NCBI GenBank assembly: GCA_043769625.1 | Contig: JAYVJD010000306.1 | Span: 1-36,769 of the forward strand | Source of the DNA: Pseudomonadota bacterium | GTDB taxonomy: Bacteria > Pseudomonadota > Gammaproteobacteria > Burkholderiales > JBEEJL01 | Reading direction: 5' to 3' | DNA length: 36,769 bases | Shown here: positions 21,008-29,335 of the stretch, piece after piece | Numbering within the stretch: the stretch's first letter is position 1 | Layout of the letters: every line of letters begins with the position of its first letter | Translations under genes and position numbers: made by a program | Notes under the pieces: generated by a model | Seen by the model: only the letters and a program-made list of their open reading frames with translations | What the model was told of the DNA's origin: nothing | Database searches by the model: none

Positions 21008-21068
21008 CTTCGACAAGCTCAGCACGAACGTCATCAATAATGCTCCGTTCGTCCTGAGCCTGTCGAAG
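21008..21068. repeat. REP-like palindrome of the widespread 'SLSKHE' type
   Basis: CTTCGACAAGCTCAGCACGAACG - 15 nt - CGTTCGTCCTGAGCCTGTCGAAG; 23-nt arms with 2 mismatches. Confidence 0.65.
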
Positions 21069-21159
21069 GACTTAATCGAAGCACCGCTAGTAATATTCTA
21101 CTGCGAACCCTGTGTTTTTGGCAGGTATAATTCATCGTTGTTTTAATAGAAAAAATGAC

Positions 21160-22077
21160 ATGCCCATCGCGTTAATTATCTTGCCGAATTTTTTGCTCAT
21201 TGCACTCGGCTTCGCGTTGCATCGCTGGGGCGGATTTCCGCGCGCGTTCTGGGCGCAAGTCGAACGGCTGATTTATTTTTTGTTATTCCCTGCGCTGTTG
21301 TTTCGTGCACTGGCGAAAACACCGATAGACCTCACCACCGCCACACCCTTAATTCTCGGTGGATTATTGGTGATGAGTTGCGGCATGGCGCTAAGTTATC
21401 TGGCGAAATATATATTCGCGCCAGCGCCGATGTTATTCGCCTCCGGCTTTCAATGCGCTTTTCGGTTTAATAGTTATGTCGGCTTGGCGATAGCGGCAGG
21501 GTGGGGTGGCCAACCAGGCATCGCCGCACTCGCCTTGCTCGTTGGCACCATGATTCCACCCGCGAACATCGCGTCAGTATGGGCGCTGGCGAAACACGGC
21601 GAAGGTAACGCGTGGCGCGAGTTGCTACGCAATCCGCTCATCATCGCCACGCTCAGTGGCATGGCGTATTCGCTCACCGGTTGGCCCTTGCCTGCGTGGA
21701 TTGCTGGCACACTGGCGCCAATAGGTGATGCAGCCTTGCCGATGGGATTGTTGTCAGTCGGCGCCGGGCTGAAAATGGAAGCGGCCATCAATGCAGATGC
21801 GGAAAATAATACGCAACCCAAAACAGTGATGTTGTATTGGCTCGCCGTAAAGTTGTTAGCTTTGCCGGTTATCGCCTGGTTCATCGGCCGCGCGTTAGCT
21901 TTACCTAGTTTGTACGCGCAAATGTTAATCCTCTTCGCCGCATTACCACCTGCGTCGTCCGCCTACATACTCGCCGCGCGCATGGGTGGAGACCCGGCTC
22001 CTGTGGCGAAGTTAATTACTTGGGGCACGTTGTTGTCGATGCTGACGATACCACTTTGGATACTTTTATGTGGGTGA
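21160..22077 (+). CDS. AEC (auxin efflux carrier) family permease
   Basis: About 10 helices. The N-terminus MPIALIILPNFLLIALGF and the overall pattern are typical of AEC/MdcF-like permeases. I chose the ATG at 21160 over the GTG at 21112. Confidence 0.8.
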   Translation: MPIALIILPNFLLIALGFALHRWGGFPRAFWAQVERLIYFLLFPALLFRALAKTPIDLTTATPLILGGLLVMSCGMALSYLAKYIFAPAPMLFASGFQCAFRFNSYVGLAIAAGWGGQPGIAALALLVGTMIPPANIASVWALAKHGEGNAWRELLRNPLIIATLSGMAYSLTGWPLPAWIAGTLAPIGDAALPMGLLSVGAGLKMEAAINADAENNTQPKTVMLYWLAVKLLALPVIAWFIGRALALPSLYAQMLILFAALPPASSAYILAARMGGDPAPVAKLITWGTLLSMLTIPLWILLCG

Positions 22078-22139
22078 GGTTCTATATTCTGCGTAATTCA
22101 GAGAGTCTATTTTATGTCCCAAATAATCAGATATATGGC

Positions 22140-22703
22140 TCAGTAGGCCTTCCGTAATCGTTCATTTTTTAGCATTTCTAAAACATGTGATGGGCATTTT
22201 TTGTTTTGTACAGTATGAAATATGACAGGACGATAATCTTTCTTGATTGTAATCGCTTTAAATGGGAATTTCGTGTCAGCAGTGTATGTAACGTCTTGAG
22301 CAGTACATTCACTTTCCACAACTTCGACGCGTAGCTTATTGCCAATTTTCGATACTGATAATATGTTAATTTCCCAATTTGCAGGCTTAGGACCCGAGGC
22401 AACTAACAGCATTGTTTCTTTTTCAAAGTTAATATTTTCAGGCAATTTGACAAAATTCAGATCGCCCACCCAAGCGTCGTAGAAATTTTTAGCGTCCTGA
22501 ATTACTAGGGTTTGTTTTTTGGGAGGGCCGGTGATGTCGTTTAGTGTTAATATTTGCCTAAATTTAATATGCTGATTTTTTTGGATTCTAATGTTATTAC
22601 TGGCGAAGCATTTCGATTGGAATCCATACACAAAAATCAATACTGCCAGCATTGCTGCGGGCAGTATTTTTTTCAGTCGCAAATTAATTTTGCAGAACAA
22701 CAT
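22140..22703 (-). CDS. Secreted PrcB_C-like protein (putative subtilase partner or stabiliser)
   Basis: The ATG at 22703 overlaps the S8 stop (TGATG). Signal peptide KKILPAAMLAVLIFVYGFQSKCFA. The mature part (LVIQDAKNFYDAWVG..INFEKETMLLVASGPKPANWEINILSV..LRVEVVE..FPFKAITIKK) follows the pattern I remember for PrcB_C, the partner of Treponema dentilisin. About 33% GC by eye. Confidence 0.5.
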   Translation of the reverse strand: MLFCKINLRLKKILPAAMLAVLIFVYGFQSKCFASNNIRIQKNQHIKFRQILTLNDITGPPKKQTLVIQDAKNFYDAWVGDLNFVKLPENINFEKETMLLVASGPKPANWEINILSVSKIGNKLRVEVVESECTAQDVTYTADTKFPFKAITIKKDYRPVIFHTVQNKKCPSHVLEMLKNERLRKAY

Positions 22704-24070
22704 CAAAAGGACCCGGCCTGTGGAATAAAAATAGAGCTACCATCAGGTTGTATTGAGCCAAGCAAACCCGCCGCTTTATTTTTTATTGCTCCTTCAATAC
22801 TAATAGCAGTTTGATTAATTTGAGTTTGACTAATTAGCGCGGCAAGACCCGCTACAAATGGCGTTGCGAATGACGTGCCATAAACGTACTCATAGTTATT
22901 ACGTGCAGGAATGGTTGTAGTCCGAATTGCAACTCCAGGAGCAAATATTTCCACACACGGGCCGTAGGGGCTTTGAAAATCAAGCCGCCCGAAATTATCA
23001 ATTGAGCCAACTGTCATGACTCCTAATGTAGATGCTCCAATGTTTGCTGGGGATGTATTACATGCGGTAGTCCCTGCAGCGTTTCCTGCGGCTACCGCCG
23101 AGAAAATTCCCTTGGTAGTAACGGGAACGTAGACTGTTCCAATAAAAGAACCTATTTTTATTGTCTTGGTGTATTGCGTCTTGGTTGCAGCGTTAATAAA
23201 GGCGCTACCTACTGTAACTTCAAAGCCAAATGAGGGATTTAAAGCGCCAGCGCTATAATTAATTATTCCAGGAGACTGAGAAGAGTTTGCGTAAAACACA
23301 TCGACTTCATTTCGTACCGCTATGTCTACGGCTCTTTTAACGCTTGTAGTTGCGATATTCTCAGTACAGGCTTCGGTTATTTTAATGCTAATTATTGGCA
23401 CTCCCGGTGCAACGCCCGCTACACCAAATCCATTATTTCGAGCCCCAGCAATTCCAGCGATGGATGTGCCATGGCCTATACAATCATTAATAGTGCCATC
23501 AATGTTGGCTGATAGTCGGCTAGCCACGTTTAGGTCGGGATGAAGGTCTACACCACTATCTAAAACATATAGCCTTGTTTTACTAAAATTAATTACTCCT
23601 GTATTGAGACCGGATTTTGCTGAACTTAAATGAGCGTTAATTGATTTTATACCCCACGAAATAAATTGCCCACCTACAGAAGAATCAAACCATTGTTGAG
23701 AAAATATAGTAAGAGCGTTGGGGCTAGGTTTCGGAGCAGCTTGAAGTTGAAATAAAACATTTTCTTCTATATGTGCGCCTGGAATGGCTTTGATTTCAAC
23801 GATTTGTTTTTGATTCAAATTTGCAGCAAATCCATTGGCTGCCCAGCTATAAATGTGCGTCGCTTTGAATGCATGTTTTTTTTCTAACCTTTGAAGTAAT
23901 ATTTTCATCTTCGGCTGTTGTTCGTGCCACATTTCGGGATGTTTTTGGTGACGCTCATCTTCTTCAACTTCGCCATCGTCTTCTCTCTCTACGACGGAAT
24001 CGTCAAAGGTGACGATGTGGGTGGGGTGTTTAGGATCTAATTTATTTGCAAACGCGGGGGGGGGGGGCAA
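22703..24070 (-). CDS. S8 family (subtilisin-like) serine peptidase with I9 propeptide; as sequenced, out of frame with its own start and signal peptide
   Basis: Triad motifs VLDSGVD (Asp), GHGTSIAGIAG (His), AAGN (oxyanion Asn) and GTSFATPFVAGLAAL (Ser). I9-like propeptide THIYSWAANGFAANLNQKQIVEIKAIPG. The ORF as it stands begins at a TTG next to a C12 run. Confidence 0.85.
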   Translation of the reverse strand: MPPPPAFANKLDPKHPTHIVTFDDSVVEREDDGEVEEDERHQKHPEMWHEQQPKMKILLQRLEKKHAFKATHIYSWAANGFAANLNQKQIVEIKAIPGAHIEENVLFQLQAAPKPSPNALTIFSQQWFDSSVGGQFISWGIKSINAHLSSAKSGLNTGVINFSKTRLYVLDSGVDLHPDLNVASRLSANIDGTINDCIGHGTSIAGIAGARNNGFGVAGVAPGVPIISIKITEACTENIATTSVKRAVDIAVRNEVDVFYANSSQSPGIINYSAGALNPSFGFEVTVGSAFINAATKTQYTKTIKIGSFIGTVYVPVTTKGIFSAVAAGNAAGTTACNTSPANIGASTLGVMTVGSIDNFGRLDFQSPYGPCVEIFAPGVAIRTTTIPARNNYEYVYGTSFATPFVAGLAALISQTQINQTAISIEGAIKNKAAGLLGSIQPDGSSIFIPQAGSF

Positions 24071-24116
24071 ACATTACGAAACTGAATAACACGGCAAGCA
24101 GGTGGCGATTAAGCAT
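24042..24116 (-). other. Detached start codon and signal-peptide segment of the S8 peptidase gene
   Basis: SD AGGAGA (24122-24127) lies 5 nt upstream of the ATG at 24116. This frame reads MLNRHLLAVLFSFVMFAPPPRVCK*, a good signal peptide that runs into the C12 tract and stops 12 nt after it. Removing one C fuses it to the S8 ORF. Confidence 0.7.
24056..24067. repeat. Homopolymer G12 (C12 on the coding strand) at the signal-peptide/propeptide junction of the S8 gene
   Basis: Twelve consecutive G on the + strand. They encode PPPP in the main ORF frame. Confidence 0.95.
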
Positions 24117-24314
24117 GACTTTCTCCTGTTGGTATTCGTTTTTGGGGAACTTCAAATCTTAGGCTGCGCTTCCAGCGATTGGCTCGTCAAGTTAAATTTT
24201 GTTTCGTAAGGTAATGTGTAATCTAATGAGTAGAAGTAAATTTCCAATAAAATAAATACGTTATAGAAAAATATTTTTATTTGTCCAACCACTTTTTTTG
24301 TTAAAAAGAAGACG

Positions 24315-24344
24315 AAAAAAAGAGCGCCTCGGCGCTCTTTTTTT
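24315..24344 (-). terminator. Bidirectional rho-independent terminator downstream of rplS
   Basis: AAAAAAA-GAGCGCC-TC-GGCGCTC-TTTTTTT, 16 nt after the rplS stop, at the border of the AT-rich islet. Confidence 0.85.
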
Positions 24345-24359
24345 GTGCTGCGAAAAAAC

Positions 24360-24752
24360 TTATTTCGCTGCGGGGATTTCCGGTAATACTTCGCGGGCGA
24401 CATCCAGCTTTTCGCGGATACGTGCGGATTTGCCAGAGCGATCGCGCTGGTAGTAGAGCTTGGCGCGGCGGACGCTACCTTTGCGTTTCACCTCGATGCT
24501 GGCGATCATGGGTGAATAGAGTTGGAAGGTACGCTCGACGCCTTCGCCGCTGGATATTTTGCGTACGATGAAGGAGCTGTTGAGGCTCTTGTTGCGCTTG
24601 GCGATGACGACGCCTTCGAAAGCCTGCACGCGTTTGCGTTCGCCTTCGACGACTTTGACGCTGACGACGACGGTGTCGCCTGGGGCGAACACGGGGATTT
24701 TTTTGTCGAGGCGGGCGATTTCTTCCTTCTCGAGGATTTGAATCAGATTCAT
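24360..24752 (-). CDS. rplS: 50S ribosomal protein L19
   Basis: [11 protein letters not shown]...[33 protein letters not shown]...[21 protein letters not shown] lies 7 nt upstream of the ATG at 24752. Confidence 0.97.
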   Translation of the reverse strand: MNLIQILEKEEIARLDKKIPVFAPGDTVVVSVKVVEGERKRVQAFEGVVIAKRNKSLNSSFIVRKISSGEGVERTFQLYSPMIASIEVKRKGSVRRAKLYYQRDRSGKSARIREKLDVAREVLPEIPAAK

Positions 24753-24981
24753 TTGTAACTCCTTATCTAATGGCCATTGGCCTAACGTGTAGAGCAAAAA
24801 TGCTTAAGCGCAATTTCGTCGCGATACTGCGTTGCTCACAAAAAATAACTCGTTAAATAGATAACTATTCCGCCTCGTTATTTTTTATTCGCGCCTTGTC
24901 TCGCTTAGAACTTGCGCTTAATCAAATGTCTTTTTGATGCACGCGTTTATTGGTTAAAAATACTTCAATTAAAACAAATAT

Positions 24982-25743
24982 TTATTGCGATTTCATTTCC
25001 TGCTTAAACGCTTCCAGCAACTTACTATCTTCTTTACTCAACAACATTTTTTCTAACAACTCTGGTCGGCGTTGCCAGGTTTTCCCCAGGGCTTGTTTGC
25101 GTCGCCATTTTTCGATATCGGCATGATGACCGGACATCAACACGGCGGGCACGGCATCTTCTTTATATACTTCCGGTCGCGTGTAGTGCGGGCAATCGAG
25201 CAGGCCGTTCACGAAGGAATCTTGCACCGCCGATTGCGCGTCGCCCAATACGCCGGGCAGTTGTCGCACTATTGCATCGACTAACACCATGGCGGGTAAC
25301 TCACCGCCGGATAAAACATAATCGCCGATGGAAATTTCTTCGTCCACCTCGCGCTTGATTAATCGTTCGTCTATCGCTTCATAACGACCGGCTATCAATA
25401 TCAATCCTGCTTCGCTCGCCAATTCACATACCAAGTTATGTGTGAGCGGTTTGCCTTGCGGCGAGAGGCAAATCACTTTGGATTTACCCACGCCGCTTTG
25501 CTGCTGTCTTTGCTTCGCGGCGTGGATGGCTTTCTCCAACGGCTCGGCCAACATCACCATTCCCGGTCCGCCGCCATACGGCCTATCGTCCACAGTACGG
25601 TAATTGTCGGTGGTGAAATCACGCGGATTCCACACCTGCAACTCGTAATGCTTTTCCTTCCACGCCCGGTGCGTAATCCCGTAATGGGTCACAGCCTCGA
25701 ACATCGGCGGAAATAAACTGATGACATCAAATTGCAACGCCAT
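24982..25743 (-). CDS. trmD: tRNA (guanine37-N1)-methyltransferase
   Basis: [18 protein letters not shown]...[13 protein letters not shown]...GRYEAIDER...[14 protein letters not shown]. The ATG overlaps the rimM stop (TGATG). Confidence 0.97.
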   Translation of the reverse strand: MALQFDVISLFPPMFEAVTHYGITHRAWKEKHYELQVWNPRDFTTDNYRTVDDRPYGGGPGMVMLAEPLEKAIHAAKQRQQQSGVGKSKVICLSPQGKPLTHNLVCELASEAGLILIAGRYEAIDERLIKREVDEEISIGDYVLSGGELPAMVLVDAIVRQLPGVLGDAQSAVQDSFVNGLLDCPHYTRPEVYKEDAVPAVLMSGHHADIEKWRRKQALGKTWQRRPELLEKMLLSKEDSKLLEAFKQEMKSQ

Positions 25744-26264
25744 CAATAATCCTGCTGCCAATCGACGGTCATTTTCTTTGCCGCCAAATCAATGTCGATA
25801 ATAAAAGCGTCGACATAAGGTATCAGCCGTTCGACTTCACCGCCTTTGACTACCAGCACATCGTGCGCGCCGGTCTCGAGCAATGATTCAACTTTTCCCA
25901 GCGTAATGTTTTGCTGGTTCACCACTTCTAGGCCGACCAAGTCAGCCCAGTAAAATTTTTTCTCGCCAGTGTCGGGCAATTCACTGCGCGGCACGGCGAC
26001 GTCGAATCCTTTGACCAATTCAGCTGCGGTGCGGTCGGCAATTTTTTCTAAGCGCGCCACCAAGCCTTTGCTGTGCAACTCGTGCTCGGCCAGCTCGAAT
26101 TTCTGCCAGCCTGTTGCAGTATTCAGCCACCAATCGGGAAAGTCAGTGAGGGTGTCGGCTTCTTCGGTGAAGGTTTTAATTTTCAGCCAGCCGCGCACGC
26201 CAAAGGGGCCGATGATGCGCCCCATGACCACCAAATGATCAGGCGGCGATTTTTGCCTGTCCAC
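25743..26264 (-). CDS. rimM: 16S rRNA processing protein RimM
   Basis: [23 protein letters not shown] plus a C-terminal PRC barrel. The GTG start overlaps the rpsP 3' end by 26 nt. Confidence 0.92.
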   Translation of the reverse strand: MDRQKSPPDHLVVMGRIIGPFGVRGWLKIKTFTEEADTLTDFPDWWLNTATGWQKFELAEHELHSKGLVARLEKIADRTAAELVKGFDVAVPRSELPDTGEKKFYWADLVGLEVVNQQNITLGKVESLLETGAHDVLVVKGGEVERLIPYVDAFIIDIDLAAKKMTVDWQQDY

Positions 26265-26493
26265 GCTTGATCAACTTCTCCACCGCATCCGACGCGATCG
26301 CGCCTTGCTTTTGCCAGAACGCAACGCGCTCCAGGTTCATGCGCAAAGAATCAGCGGCTTCTTGCTTCACGGGATTATAAAAACCCACGCGCTCAATAAA
26401 GCGACCATCGCGACGATTGCGTGAATCGGCAACGACTACGTTGTAAAACGGACGGTTCTTGGAACCACCGCGAGAAAGACGAATAACGACCAT
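26239..26493 (-). CDS. rpsP: 30S ribosomal protein S16
   Basis: [41 protein letters not shown]. The ATG is at 26493. Confidence 0.97.
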   Translation of the reverse strand: MVVIRLSRGGSKNRPFYNVVVADSRNRRDGRFIERVGFYNPVKQEAADSLRMNLERVAFWQKQGAIASDAVEKLIKRGQAKIAA

Positions 26494-26644
26494 GTTGTGT
26501 GTCCTGAAAAATACTGCGCTAAAAATGACGGTTAGTGATAAAGCTGAACCCCACATTTTACGCTATTAGCCCATATCGGGGCAAGTTAGCTGTGTGAGTC
26601 GTATGAACAGCCGTCGGCGAACGGCCGCGCACCTGAAAGGAATT

Positions 26645-26662
26645 TTAATAACTATTTGATTT
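26645..26662 (-). repeat. Copy of the AATCAAATAGTTAT motif (IHF-consensus-like)
   Basis: The minus strand reads AAATCAAATAGTTATTAA, identical to 10977-10994. It lies just after the yhhQ stop and upstream of rpsP. Confidence 0.6.
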
Positions 26663-26671
26663 TATTGATAT

Positions 26672-27382
26672 TTATTCTTTAAGCGTAAACGGATTAAAGT
26701 CCGTGTCGCGGTCGTAATAGTCTTCTTGCTCCGCGCGTTTAAGCCAATTGACGATTTTATACGTCATTGGCGTGAAGGCGATTTCGACACCGACTTTGGT
26801 AATAAATTGCGCCAACATCACCGTTGGTAATTTGTCGTCGGGAATAATTCCGGTACCGTAAAACGCCAGCGGATAAAATAAAAGTGAATCGACCGCTTCG
26901 CCAAAAATCGTCGAGCCGATGGTGCGGCTCCACAAGTGTTTGCCCGCCGTGAGGATTTTCATTTTCGCCAACACAAACGAATTCACAAACTCGCCGCAAG
27001 CAAAAGCGATGAGCGAAGCGAGAGCAACCCGCCACGCACCACCGAACGCGATTTCGTAAGCTTGCTGATTTTTCCACCACGGCGCGGGCGGCAAACTCAC
27101 CACCACCCAGGCCATAAACGACGCAAACAACAGCGCGGCAAAGCCGGCCCAAATCACCCGACGCGAGCGCGCGTAGCCGTACACCTCGGTGAGAATGTCG
27201 CCGAATACGTACGAAATTGGAAAAAATAACACGCCGGCGCCAAAAGTGATCACGCCGATAATCGGCAAATCCAGCTGCGCACCTTTGGCCGGCCCGATGA
27301 GGTTCGAGCACAGCAACACGACGACAAACGCCGTCATCACTAGATCGAAATATTTATAATTAGCGCGAGGAGGTGAAGTCAT
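26672..27382 (-). CDS. yhhQ: Queuosine-precursor transporter (YhhQ/VUT family)
   Basis: 236 aa, 6 TM. FPISYVFGDILTEVYGY...GEFVNSFVLAKMK...STIFGEAVDSLLFYPLAF is the COG1738/YhhQ pattern. Confidence 0.88.
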   Translation of the reverse strand: MTSPPRANYKYFDLVMTAFVVVLLCSNLIGPAKGAQLDLPIIGVITFGAGVLFFPISYVFGDILTEVYGYARSRRVIWAGFAALLFASFMAWVVVSLPPAPWWKNQQAYEIAFGGAWRVALASLIAFACGEFVNSFVLAKMKILTAGKHLWSRTIGSTIFGEAVDSLLFYPLAFYGTGIIPDDKLPTVMLAQFITKVGVEIAFTPMTYKIVNWLKRAEQEDYYDRDTDFNPFTLKE

Positions 27383-27480
27383 ATTTTTGTGTTGTTGAAA
27401 TGACGTTGAGGTGATGAGTCAGACTGTAACTAGCTCGGAAAATTCGCGGCGGGAAAACCGGTAGGGTGCGCTCGCGGACC

Positions 27481-27512
27481 AAAAAAAAATCCCCTCCCTT
27501 TCAAGGGGAAGG
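27481..27512 (-). terminator. Rho-independent terminator downstream of the methyltransferase gene
   Basis: The minus strand reads CCUUCCCCUU-GAAA-GGGAGGGGA followed by U9. Confidence 0.7.
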
Positions 27513-27595
27513 TTAGGGGTGAGGCAGGGAATTCGGACAGCATGCTGCCCGCCTGTCGAACGGCGTTTCGATGCAGCGAAACGTGCGTCCTGCAA

Positions 27596-27606
27596 GGGGG
27601 GGGGGG
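27596..27606. repeat. Intergenic homopolymer G11
   Basis: Eleven G followed by TGGGTGG, 38 nt downstream of the methyltransferase stop and within a GC-rich palindromic block. Confidence 0.9.
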
Positions 27607-27643
27607 TGGGTGGTCTCTAGTCAGCCGCAAACTAACCCAAAAC

Positions 27644-28192
27644 TTAATTCAAATTCACCGCGCGCAATTCCCATACACCCGCAGGCGGCGCGTTGCGCCA
27701 AATAAAATTCGTTCGCGTCCAGACGAAACCGACGGGGGCAGTAAACGGCTCGCGCGGCTGGTAGGTAAACTGGATCAATTTTCGGATCGGCGATACGCGC
27801 AAAAAAGCGCAAATGCTGGCCACGGTTTCTTGCGTAATGTGGGGCGGCAGCGAACGAAACGGCAGACTCGACACCAGTGCCGTGTTCAGCGGTGCATCGG
27901 TCAAATTATCGATCACTTGCTTCGCCGTATCATTGCGCACATCAATATCGGGAAATTTTTGTTGCAGCTTGCGCGCCAGGCCCGACTCCAGCTCGACCGC
28001 AATCAACGGCACATCAGGATGCGAACCGATTAACGCTTTGGTTACCGAGCCCGTGCCGGCACCTAACTCCACCACCAAGTCAGCCCTATTCGTCGCGCGC
28101 GCCATCGCGTTGGCGAGATACTTCGACGAAGGCGCCAAGCAGCCCATCGTCGCCGGGTTTCTGATCAAAGAAATAAAAAATTGTGCAGACAT
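27644..28192 (-). CDS. Small class I SAM-dependent methyltransferase (COG3963 / phospholipid N-methyltransferase-like)
   Basis: FISLIRNPATMGCLAPSSKYLA (family N-terminal motif). SAM motif I is VVELGAGTGSVTKAL. 182 aa. Confidence 0.75.
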   Translation of the reverse strand: MSAQFFISLIRNPATMGCLAPSSKYLANAMARATNRADLVVELGAGTGSVTKALIGSHPDVPLIAVELESGLARKLQQKFPDIDVRNDTAKQVIDNLTDAPLNTALVSSLPFRSLPPHITQETVASICAFLRVSPIRKLIQFTYQPREPFTAPVGFVWTRTNFIWRNAPPAGVWELRAVNLN

Positions 28193-28359
28193 ATGTCTTT
28201 TCTCTTTCGAGTTTTACGGCAGGAGTAAAAAACATAAAGTCTGGCGGAGTAATCAGACCAGACAAACTAATTATGACGCAATTAATTAGCGTGAGCGATA
28301 GCTAAAGTCAAATTACCATTAAAAAATATGATAATTATAAATAAAAACAAATAGTTATA
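27912..28359. repeat. Direct repeat, copy A: 5' 281 nt of the methyltransferase gene plus its divergent promoter region
   Basis: Aligns with 29672-30109 at a constant offset of 1760 nt through the coding part. See findings for hand-counted identity. Confidence 0.85.
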
Positions 28360-28610
28360 TGTATTATTTATTCGCGACGAAGTGTGCATGTAGCAAGGTA
28401 AAGACGCGACAAAACGAATGGTAGCCACGGCGGCTTCAGGCTGCGCGGCGCAAAACTTGTATTTCCTCATTTGTGAACTATATTTTGATTAAGTACAAAT
28501 ATTATGTTCTCTTGGGAGGCGTTTTTCGGCGACAACCCGAATTTGTATAGCAAGAAATTCCATCAGAGAATTTGTTCGGAAATAATAACGGGGCCAAAGC
28601 GCAGAGATTG

Positions 28611-29258
28611 ATGAATAAAAAATTGCAAAAGCTGTTCGTGTTTTTATTGTGTGTCATTTCCTTTTTACTCCTGATGCATTTTTTCCCCGCCAGCGTTTCC
28701 CACACCATCGCCAATCGTTTTGATCTCAATGGTGAAGCAAACGCCCCCTCATGGTTCTCCACCATCGTGCTGTTTTCCGTCGCGCTGACGGCAATCGCTA
28801 TCTACACAGTAGAGGAATTAGGGGCGGCGCCTGAGCGCCTATGGCCCCGATTTTGGCTCACTTTCGCCGCCGTTTATGTATTCCTCTCGCTTGATGAAGC
28901 CGCACGTATCCACGAAATATTGGACGTCGTCCTGATTAAGTGGGTCCTCATTTATGCGCCGTTTGCCGGGGTATTTTTCATGGCCTGCGTTTACAATTTC
29001 ACCGCCATCAGAAAACAAGACCCGCATCTGCGTTTTTGGATCTTGGGCGGCTTAATCGCCTACGCGGCAGGCGGTCTCGGCGCAGAATCCGTCAGCCACA
29101 TCCTCCGCCCGTTGCCCAATTTTTGGCAGCAAGTCGAATACGTCATCGAAGAAGGCCTGGAAATGATTGGCATGTCGATGGTGCTGATGGGATGTCTGCA
29201 GGAACTACTGCGCGTGTATAAGCTCGCGAATCCACCGAAAGCCGCGCGAGTTAAATAA
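28611..29258 (+). CDS. Multi-pass membrane protein, function unknown
   Basis: About 215 aa from the ATG at 28611 (the ORF track TTG is at 28572). Six predicted helices. No recognisable motif and a weak RBS. Confidence 0.55.
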   Translation: MNKKLQKLFVFLLCVISFLLLMHFFPASVSHTIANRFDLNGEANAPSWFSTIVLFSVALTAIAIYTVEELGAAPERLWPRFWLTFAAVYVFLSLDEAARIHEILDVVLIKWVLIYAPFAGVFFMACVYNFTAIRKQDPHLRFWILGGLIAYAAGGLGAESVSHILRPLPNFWQQVEYVIEEGLEMIGMSMVLMGCLQELLRVYKLANPPKAARVK

Positions 29259-29335
29259 GCGCTTTATTTTGTTTTGAATTTATCTTCATGGGCTGCGCGC
29301 TGTTTTCCTGTATCACAAGAGAATAGGAGATAACC

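Noticed and set aside
24152-24403. 83-aa minus-strand ORF in the AT-rich region upstream of the S8 gene
   Set aside because: It spans the rplS terminator and overlaps the rplS 3' end. Its composition is low-complexity AT-rich, and it has no RBS.
27383-27480. preQ1 riboswitch upstream of yhhQ (this family is often riboswitch-controlled)
   Set aside because: The leader contains CUAGUUACA, reminiscent of the preQ1-I loop, and an A-rich tail. However, I could only build a 3-bp P1, and the tail does not follow the stem as in the consensus. It would need a cmsearch with RF00522/RF01054 to revisit.
27430-28289. Plus- and minus-strand ORFs overlapping the methyltransferase gene and the palindromic block (27430-27630, 27542-28033, 27813-28289, 27877-28164)
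   Set aside because: They are Arg/Pro-rich antisense translations of a GC-rich gene or of REP-like DNA (PLKGRG-type peptides). No motifs and no RBS.
28282-28570. AT-rich gap with two small minus-strand ORFs (28282-28470, 28502-28765) between the methyltransferase promoter region and the membrane-protein gene
   Set aside because: The ORFs have no RBS or motifs, and one overlaps the membrane-protein gene. I could not support an sRNA or a gene here from sequence alone. It remains unexplained spacer.
29259-29335. Remnant of a higB toxin gene upstream of higA
   Set aside because: Only a ...LYH codon string just before the higA SD vaguely recalls the ...DYH end of HigB proteins. No other frame shows HigB-like sequence, and the gap is too short.
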